Source: an uncultured virus (IMG/VR IMGVR_UViG_3300026321_000001) (lineage: Duplodnaviria; Heunggongvirae; Uroviricota; Caudoviricetes). Taken from it: a stretch of DNA of 64,000 bases. A model generated the notes under the pieces. The model ran no database searches and was not told the DNA's origin. It worked only from the letters and a program-made list of their open reading frames with translations. Numbering within the stretch: the stretch's first letter is position 1; the number at the start of each line of letters is the position of its first letter. Below, piece after piece: positions 58,271-64,000 of this stretch. The DNA lies in IMG/VR virus record IMGVR_UViG_3300026321_000001, one strand, 5' to 3'. The translations under genes were made by a program, and so were the position numbers.

Positions 58271-58615
58271 TTAGCGTCTGACTACAGCAGGTACATCCCC
58301 GTCGTCGTCATCGTCGTCATCATACCACGGATCGTTTATCTCGTCTATCCTATTCTTTAAAGACTCTTGTAGATTAGAATCAGATGTCATCACTCTTCTC
58401 TGAAACTCTTCATCAGGTGTGAAATTTACAACTAACAATTCATCACCTGGTTTTACCTCTGATAGTTCTGGATGAGGTGGTCTAGTAACTGTCTTCTTTG
58501 TTTCTATAAACTTACCAGCACCTAACTGTCTTGCCGCTGCAAACCCACCTGACATAAGTCTCAATGCCATAATGAATAGTATAAAAGTGCTTAGTAAGAA
58601 TAGAAAGTTAATCAT
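58271..58615 (-). CDS. Membrane protein (DUF2973-like)
   Basis: N-terminal TM segment plus HPELSEVKPGDELLVVNF. Confidence 0.65.
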   Translation of the reverse strand: MINFLFLLSTFILFIMALRLMSGGFAAARQLGAGKFIETKKTVTRPPHPELSEVKPGDELLVVNFTPDEEFQRRVMTSDSNLQESLKNRIDEINDPWYDDDDDDDGDVPAVVRR

Positions 58616-58704
58616 TCTTTTTTACCTTCTTAGTCTGCTTCTTAATCATCTTGGCGTACCTAATGTCACTATCAGTGTACCAACCTTTATGTTCTTTAGC
58701 AAGT

Positions 58705-58953
58705 TTAATAATTTTCTTTGCTGCTTTTCGATCGTCCTTCCTTTGAGACATTGTAATACCACTTAATGTATAGCTGTGCGAGGTCTGATTTAAAGAGGAA
58801 GTCCTCGTCTCTTAGTTGTTTATATTCTCCCGAATCTATAACCCAATCACAGAAGTCATAATGCTTTTGTTCTAGTGAATGAGATCTATCAACACAGTCC
58901 TGTAAACATCGTTGACGAACATTTAGAATATCATCAGTGATTTTATAGGTCAT
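58705..58953 (-). CDS. Hypothetical protein
   Basis: ORF within a packed run. Confidence 0.55.
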   Translation of the reverse strand: MTYKITDDILNVRQRCLQDCVDRSHSLEQKHYDFCDWVIDSGEYKQLRDEDFLFKSDLAQLYIKWYYNVSKEGRSKSSKENY

Positions 58954-59125
58954 TAACCATCCTCACGTTTTTGTAATTTGGTACATAATTTTTACCGAAG
59001 TTGCAAAGGTTAACATAGAAGTTAGCCTTTACCTCGGAGAGACCACAGTATTTCCTTAAAGTAATCCAGTGGTCTGGGTTCTGTTCAACTTGTAAACTGT
59101 AAGTACGATTAGTCATCAGCATCAA
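58943..59125 (-). CDS. Hypothetical protein
   Basis: ORF within a packed run. Confidence 0.55.
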   Translation of the reverse strand: MMLMTNRTYSLQVEQNPDHWITLRKYCGLSEVKANFYVNLCNFGKNYVPNYKNVRMVNDL

Positions 59126-59245
59126 GATTAGTAATTACTATCTTGTTACCTTCAATCGTGAATTGCAATTCATCTTCGTGATCCCAACACAGTTCTTCAT
59201 AGAGTGTGTTGAGTCGATCCATATCTTCCCAAAGATCAGCAGTCA

Positions 59246-59536
59246 TCAGTACAAATGCTCCTCCTGCTCCGTAAGAATAGTTACATCGGATGTAGGATAT
59301 GCAACACAAGTTAATACAAAACCTGCTTCGATCTGATCTTCATCTAAGAAGGACTGATCTTCTTGATTGACTGACCCTTCAACTACCTTACCTGCACAGG
59401 TACTACAAGCACCAGCACGACAAGAGTATGGGTGATCGATACCTGCTTCTTCAGCAGCGTCTAAGATGTACTGATCAGAAGCACATTCAAAAGTTTCTAG
59501 TTCACCTTCAGTGGACTTAAACGTTACAGTTGCCAT
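59246..59536 (-). CDS. petF: Plant-type [2Fe-2S] ferredoxin
   Basis: [11 protein letters not shown]...LTCVAYP. Confidence 0.97.
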   Translation of the reverse strand: MATVTFKSTEGELETFECASDQYILDAAEEAGIDHPYSCRAGACSTCAGKVVEGSVNQEDQSFLDEDQIEAGFVLTCVAYPTSDVTILTEQEEHLY

Positions 59537-59574
59537 TTTAATAATTCAGAGTCGAATCTATTTAGTATAGCATC

Positions 59575-59600
59575 AAAAAACCACCTTGGCAAAGGTGGTT
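59575..59600 (-). terminator. Intrinsic terminator with a -35 box in its loop
   Basis: AACCACCTT-TGCC-AAGGTGGTT followed by a T-run. Confidence 0.75.
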
Positions 59601-59700
59601 AGATTAATCCGAGTGTTCCTGCTGTCATACCCACACTCACAAAGAATGCAAATTCATACAGAGGGTACCACGGACTATTGAAAAGCGTATTGACCAACAT
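59599..59700 (-). CDS. Small hydrophobic peptide (33 aa, MLVNTLFNSPW...)
   Basis: Read directly from the sequence; fills the gap before the terminator. Confidence 0.5.
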   Translation of the reverse strand: MLVNTLFNSPWYPLYEFAFFVSVGMTAGTLGLI

Positions 59701-59749
59701 TTGTGTAAGTAAAAGCGGCTAAACTAAAAAGGAATAAGATCTGATACAT
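59675..59749 (-). CDS. Small hydrophobic peptide (24 aa, MYQILFLFSLAAFTYTNVGQYAFQ)
   Basis: Read directly from the sequence; starts 1 nt after the upstream stop. Confidence 0.5.
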   Translation of the reverse strand: MYQILFLFSLAAFTYTNVGQYAFQ

Positions 59750-59750
59750 T

Positions 59751-59930
59751 TTAAGCTCCTGCTGGTACTGGAATCATCTTTCCACCACGGGGTTCATCGT
59801 CATCATCGTCATCAATAAATCCACCACCTGCTGCTGCCCAGAATCCCAGTAAAATTATTACTGGAATAAAGGGGAACACCAATGCCCATATTGGATTCAC
59901 TGCTTCTGTTGCTGCTTGAAGTTCACCCAT
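59751..59930 (-). CDS. Small membrane protein with an acidic stretch
   Basis: TM segment plus DDDDDD.PRGGKMIP. Confidence 0.6.
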   Translation of the reverse strand: MGELQAATEAVNPIWALVFPFIPVIILLGFWAAAGGGFIDDDDDDEPRGGKMIPVPAGA

Positions 59931-59935
59931 TGCTT

Positions 59936-60127
59936 TTAGAATACTCCTGGAATAATTTGTCCTGTTGTAGCATATGCTCCGATGGCTGCTAAAAAACCAA
60001 TCATTGCCCAACGTCCGTTGGTTTGTTCTGCTTGTTCGTTCATAGTCTTGTCCTGCTGGATGATTTGGATTTGAGGTTCAGTCGCAAACATATTCTGTCT
60101 GCCACCATCTTCTGTTGTTACAGTCAT
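59936..60127 (-). CDS. hli: High-light-inducible protein
   Basis: AEQTNGRWAMIGF...TGQIIPGVF. Confidence 0.95.
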   Translation of the reverse strand: MTVTTEDGGRQNMFATEPQIQIIQQDKTMNEQAEQTNGRWAMIGFLAAIGAYATTGQIIPGVF

Positions 60128-60133
60128 TTAAGT

Positions 60134-60193
60134 TTTGTGAAGTAACGTAACATAATTATATAGCAAATCTGTACATCCCGTCAAGTATTTATA
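60134..60193 (-). promoter_or_regulatory. hli promoter (late + sigma70) with HLR1-like repeat
   Basis: TATAAATA, TTGACG-18-TATAAT, then GTTACGTT-AC-TTCACAAA. Confidence 0.55.
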
Positions 60194-60205
60194 CTCAGTA
60201 TGTCT

Positions 60206-60679
60206 TCAACCCATAAAATAATCCTTGCGATAATATCTCCCAAGGATGTTTGAATTATAAAAGGCAGGCTCCCCATCAGGACCTGCCTCTGTTAGTACAT
60301 TATTTAAGAACAGTTGTCTTGTCTCTTCGAAGTTTACTCTTCCCTGAGTGTTGTGGAGACTGAGGATCTCACGCTTGAAAAGGTTTCGTCCATACTTTTT
60401 AATGTCTTGCTTAAGCTCCTCAGAACTTCCGTAGTACTTTTTCCAGTCACTCTCAGACGAAACACGGCGTTTCCCACCTCTAGGCTTTCTACGCTTGGTA
60501 AAATTTTTCCGTCCGATATATTGTTTACCCGACTGGAGATTTGTAATACGGTAGACGTAACCGAAGAAATCGTTAATGTCGTTAGAAGTAAAAGTTGTAC
60601 CTTGATAGGTCCAGGGGTTTTCATAACCTCCTTCAACCACTGTGGTCTTTTCATTCGTACTCTCCGTCGTTGTCATCAC
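60206..60679 (-). CDS. GIY-YIG-domain protein
   Basis: GYVYRITN...YIGRK...YYGSS...FYNSNI. Confidence 0.8.
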   Translation of the reverse strand: MMTTTESTNEKTTVVEGGYENPWTYQGTTFTSNDINDFFGYVYRITNLQSGKQYIGRKNFTKRRKPRGGKRRVSSESDWKKYYGSSEELKQDIKKYGRNLFKREILSLHNTQGRVNFEETRQLFLNNVLTEAGPDGEPAFYNSNILGRYYRKDYFMG

Positions 60680-60778
60680 CGATCATAATGTTTGGTCCTT
60701 GTGTGTATTTAGATACGTCACTAAAGACCTCAGACTCAAGCTCAAAGGTGATGTCTTTAAGTTGTCTGATGATTTGTT

Positions 60779-60967
60779 TTACTCGCTCTCGATCCATTTG
60801 GTTGGTTCTCCTGTGGGATTAATGTCTACACCATCAATCGCTTTGACCATAGTCTTGGCTAGACTGTTAGCATCTTTGGCGAACTGGGTTTCAACCATCA
60901 TACCATACTCATTCCCTTCGTGCAAGAAGGTGACCTTCCACTTATTCATAGAGATCTTCCAACTCAA
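60779..60967 (-). CDS. Hypothetical protein
   Basis: ORF within a packed run. Confidence 0.55.
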   Translation of the reverse strand: MSWKISMNKWKVTFLHEGNEYGMMVETQFAKDANSLAKTMVKAIDGVDINPTGEPTKWIESE

Positions 60968-61451
60968 CTAGACTACACAGTTCTATACCGTTATCACGAA
61001 ACATAGCTTCAGCACCCTCTTGTCTGTCTACTATAGTAACTACACGATCAACAAAGTAACCTAAGTCTCTTAAAACTTTAACTGCTTTAAGAGATGAACC
61101 ACCTGTAGTAGTTACATCTTCTAGTACTGTTATAGTAGATCCTTTTGGTGGTAATGGACCTTCTACTTGTGACTCAGTACCGTGTCCTTTAGGTTCCTTA
61201 CGAATGATAAGACCATTAATGTTACCTAATAATGCTACACCTGATACTAATGGATCAGCACCTAATGTAAGACCTGCCACCCAATCTGTATCAACATACC
61301 TTAGCATCTGTTCTGATGCTAACCGTAACCCTGTACCATTAAGGATCACAGGTTTACAGTTGACATAATGATTACTAACAGTGCCTGAAGACAAAGTAAA
61401 CTCACCTTCACGATAAGCTTTTGTCTTCAGTAGATACATTAACTCATTCAT
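60942..61451 (-). CDS. pyrE: Orotate phosphoribosyltransferase
   Basis: [25 protein letters not shown]. Confidence 0.93.
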   Translation of the reverse strand: MNELMYLLKTKAYREGEFTLSSGTVSNHYVNCKPVILNGTGLRLASEQMLRYVDTDWVAGLTLGADPLVSGVALLGNINGLIIRKEPKGHGTESQVEGPLPPKGSTITVLEDVTTTGGSSLKAVKVLRDLGYFVDRVVTIVDRQEGAEAMFRDNGIELCSLVELEDLYE

Positions 61452-62112
61452 CGGGGTGTAAACCCTCCATTAGTGTTGCCCAATCTCTATCGAAAGCTTC
61501 TAGTCCCATATCAGTTAGACAATGGTCGAACAACCTGTTGAATACGTCGTACGGTACAGTACATACGTCAGCACCCATTCTGAATGCAGAGGGTACATCA
61601 ATGGGGTTCCTAATACTTGCAGCAAGGATCTCAGTTTTAACATCATTTCTATCATAAATTGTACGGATATCCTTTATAAGAGTTAGTCCATCCCAATACT
61701 GGTCTGCGACTCTACCTATGAAAGGTGAGATGTATGTTGCACCTGCCTTAGCAGCAAGTACTGCCTGTGCTGGACTGAATACAAGAGTTATATTAGTAGA
61801 GATATCATCTGCTGATAGATCACCACAAGCAATTAGTCCTTCTCTATTACAGGGAAGTTTAATAGTAATATTAGGAGCTATCCTAACATAATTAGATGCC
61901 ATCTCTAACATCTCTTCAGCATCGTTACCAACAACTTCAGCAGATATAGATGAATCCCAAGGGAACATCTCTGCTATACGTTTGATAACTTCTTCAGGAT
62001 CTTGTCCCAACTTCCTCATTAGAGTTGGGTTAGTGGTAATACCATCCACGAGACCAGTCTCATTAGCGTGTTTTATCAGATCTGGATCTGAACAATCGAG
62101 AAAGATTTTCAT
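61444..62112 (-). CDS. talC: Transaldolase (TalC/FSA family)
   Basis: [38 protein letters not shown]. Confidence 0.95.
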   Translation of the reverse strand: MKIFLDCSDPDLIKHANETGLVDGITTNPTLMRKLGQDPEEVIKRIAEMFPWDSSISAEVVGNDAEEMLEMASNYVRIAPNITIKLPCNREGLIACGDLSADDISTNITLVFSPAQAVLAAKAGATYISPFIGRVADQYWDGLTLIKDIRTIYDRNDVKTEILAASIRNPIDVPSAFRMGADVCTVPYDVFNRLFDHCLTDMGLEAFDRDWATLMEGLHPDE

Positions 62113-62145
62113 AGGTGGAATGTAGCTTAGAGTATATAGTACCAC

Positions 62146-62172
62146 AAAAAAAGAGACCTATCAAGGTCTCTC
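62146..62172 (-). terminator. Intrinsic terminator with a -35 box in its loop
   Basis: GAGACC-TTGATA-GGTCTC-TTTTTTT. Confidence 0.75.
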
Positions 62173-62198
62173 TTAGTCCTAACAATCAAGCTAGTAGG

Positions 62199-62321
62199 TT
62201 AAGCATTGCATAGTTCTTTATTGAACTTGACTCCACGATAAGACAGTTCAGTCTTATTGCAGCGTGTGCTTGGTGCTTTGTTGGTGTCGTACTTGACTCC
62301 ACGGTAAGTGACTTGTGCCAT
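62199..62321 (-). CDS. DUF4278-family peptide (MAQVTYRGVKY..., 40 aa)
   Basis: Two YRGVK repeats; lies downstream of the glnA aptamers. Confidence 0.85.
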   Translation of the reverse strand: MAQVTYRGVKYDTNKAPSTRCNKTELSYRGVKFNKELCNA

Positions 62322-62355
62322 TGGTTTACTCCTAAAGTAATTGGATTTTTAGCCC

Positions 62356-62529
62356 CGTTCCTTTAGTCATTTGCGTCCCAACACCCTGGTGTCTCCTCCT
62401 TTACAATCTGAATCATTTCAGATTTAAGATTGTCTTCAACTCTATAGACCTTCATCTTATCGACAAGATCTTGAGCATCAGAACAAGTTAAAGCAGCAGC
62501 TAATAACAAGGGCATCATAGGGATGAACG
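62356..62529 (-). ncRNA. glnA-type glutamine aptamer 2, split by a ~140 nt coding insert
   Basis: CGTTCATCCC...GGGACGCAAATGACTAAAGGAACG. Confidence 0.65.
62363..62518 (-). CDS. Small protein nested in the aptamer (MMPLLLAAALTCSDAQ...)
   Basis: 51 aa ORF with a signal-like N-terminus and 2 Cys. Confidence 0.65.
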   Translation of the reverse strand: MMPLLLAAALTCSDAQDLVDKMKVYRVEDNLKSEMIQIVKEETPGCWDAND

Positions 62530-62532
62530 CTC

Positions 62533-62570
62533 CGTTCCGTGACCTACTTGCAACCCCGAAGGGTCGAACG
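62533..62570 (-). ncRNA. glnA-type glutamine aptamer 1
   Basis: CGTTC-GACCC-TTCG-GGGTT-GCAAGTAGGTCAC-GGAACG. Confidence 0.7.
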
Positions 62571-62710
62571 TAAGGATATGATAACATATCCATTACTATT
62601 TAGCAAGAAATGTTACAAAGACTACCGTTTGTATCGTCGTGGACCATTTGGTTTCCTTGCGTGCCACTTCTTATACCAGTCTTTCGTGATTTCTACTCTC
62701 GGTTCCTGCT

Positions 62711-63319
62711 TCAGTTCTCGTTTAAGTTCTCTGAGGAAACGGAGATGAAGTTGAAATTGATTACGCATCTCCAATCATTATATTGTGGGTTGCTACTTGT
62801 GTGGTAATGCAACCCATCGAATAAGACGAACCTACCCTGTCTAGGTTCAACCTTTTGTTTAAGTTCTAATTTTTGTTTGTGACCATCATACTTCTGCTTA
62901 AAGAAGATAGTAGGACCATCAGAGTCATTCACATAGTAAATGATAGTCCAGTGTGGTTGGTCAAAGTCAACGTGTGGAGTATGGTATAGATGTTTTGTCT
63001 CCCTTCTAGGTAAAAGATTAATCTTTATCCTTCTGAAAGAATCAAACTCTGGCATCTCTGTGTTAGATACTATCCATTTCCATACAGGTTCACACACCTT
63101 CTCGTAAGCATCAGGAGATACTATCTCTCCTAGGGTATTAATACAAGTGTGTAGGAACTGAGGATCTTCACCACTAACCTCATCAGGTATGGACGTAGCG
63201 AAGTTTGTATCATATGAAGTGGTCTCAGTATTAATATACCAAGGCCAATATGAGTTGTGTAATAGTCTTGCTTTACACGGTTCACTAATAGACTTAGGAA
63301 CCTCACCTATGTACATCAT
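62711..63319 (-). CDS. 2OG-Fe(II) oxygenase
   Basis: PHVD, YYVNDSDGPT, YHTSS, RCVINFN. Confidence 0.85.
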   Translation of the reverse strand: MMYIGEVPKSISEPCKARLLHNSYWPWYINTETTSYDTNFATSIPDEVSGEDPQFLHTCINTLGEIVSPDAYEKVCEPVWKWIVSNTEMPEFDSFRRIKINLLPRRETKHLYHTPHVDFDQPHWTIIYYVNDSDGPTIFFKQKYDGHKQKLELKQKVEPRQGRFVLFDGLHYHTSSNPQYNDWRCVINFNFISVSSENLNEN

Positions 63320-63612
63320 CCGTCCACTCCTCCATCTCTTATCCATCTAGGTAGATAAAATATTAACCAAGCAAGTGTCCAGAAAGTTACTAATACTAAG
63401 ACGTGTAATAATCTATGGTCATTGACTATCAACCCACAAGTTACAAGTCCCATCCAAAGATAGTCTAAGGTACCGTGAAATCTATACCATACTTTGTCAC
63501 CAAACTTATGAATAAGTTTATCTCTTTGTCTTGCGAACCACGGTGACACGTGCCTCATCATAACGAAACCTTCATTAAAAAACATAACGAAGAATCCAAT
63601 CCAAAAAATCAT
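63316..63612 (-). CDS. Hypothetical membrane protein
   Basis: Hydrophobic; FNEGFVMMRHVSP. Confidence 0.7.
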   Translation of the reverse strand: MIFWIGFFVMFFNEGFVMMRHVSPWFARQRDKLIHKFGDKVWYRFHGTLDYLWMGLVTCGLIVNDHRLLHVLVLVTFWTLAWLIFYLPRWIRDGGVDG

Positions 63613-64000
63613 AATTTAAATCCAGCGAAGGTGTCCTTCTTAACGTCTTGTTTGATACCACCGACAACATAAGATTCAATCTCTGTTTCTTGTGGTGCAT
63701 TCTGTTGACCCTTAGAGTTCAACCAATGCTCAGTCCAAGGTAAGGGATTGTTACGTGCAGGTACATCGTATATAGGTTTTAAACCTACTGATTTCATCCT
63801 GCGATTTGCAATCCATTCAACATACTGACTGAGTAGTTTGTCATTTAATCCTATCATACTACCACCTTCAAACAAATACTCTGCCCATTCCTTCTCTTCT
63901 TGCACAGCATTCTTAAACATCTCTACTACATTGTCCTGTTCTTCCTCAATAACCTCCTGCATCACAGGATCATCACCATTTTGCCAGTTTTTTATGATAT
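63609..64000 (-). CDS. nrdB: Ribonucleotide reductase beta subunit, 3' part
   Basis: EKEWAEYLF..GSMIGLN, NPLPW, QNAPQETEIESY. Confidence 0.95.
   Translation of the reverse strand, partial: IIKNWQNGDDPVMQEVIEEEQDNVVEMFKNAVQEEKEWAEYLFEGGSMIGLNDKLLSQYVEWIANRRMKSVGLKPIYDVPARNNPLPWTEHWLNSKGQQNAPQETEIESYVVGGIKQDVKKDTFAGFKL

Noticed and set aside
60206..60679. GIY-YIG gene as an intron or mobile element
   Set aside because: Free-standing, short, no visible DNA-binding extension, no interrupted neighbouring gene
1..64000. tRNA genes, introns, inteins, reverse transcriptase/DGR, stop-codon recoding
   Set aside because: No cloverleaf recognised in the intergenic gaps; core genes are uninterrupted under the standard code; no RT motif. 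A tRNAscan run would be needed to be certain.

Overview
The window is a 64 kb segment of a T4-like cyanomyovirus genome, almost all coded on the minus strand. The D1 sequence suggests a Prochlorococcus host. From left to right: (1) early-type genes (DNA methyltransferase, SF2 helicase, small ORFs). (2) A ~12 kb tailoring-enzyme island with six 2OG-Fe(II) oxygenases, three paralogous unknowns, heme oxygenase and two flavin-dependent halogenases, butted against Gly-rich fibre/adhesin genes. (3) Virion structural genes, two CpcT/CpeT lyases and a manA-like ncRNA. (4) The baseplate/tail module: gp5, hub, two tape-measure-like genes, gp51, gp26, gp54, gp2, gp4, gp48, gp53. (5) gp32, gp33, exonuclease, phoH, thyX and glutaredoxin. 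(6) An auxiliary metabolic block: pcyA, purC, purN, def, psbA, petF, hli, pyrE, talC, glnA riboswitches with a DUF4278 peptide, and the 3' end of nrdB. The most notable observations are: a T-TTT-TTC -1 slippery site that would fuse gp26 to gp51 directly upstream of the tape-measure genes (lambda G/GT-like); the halogenase/oxygenase island coupled to fibre genes under split late and sigma70 promoters; a protein-coding ORF nested inside a glnA aptamer; several structured RNA leaders; and an apparent near-absence of CATG. All family assignments come from motif recognition by eye, with no database search.
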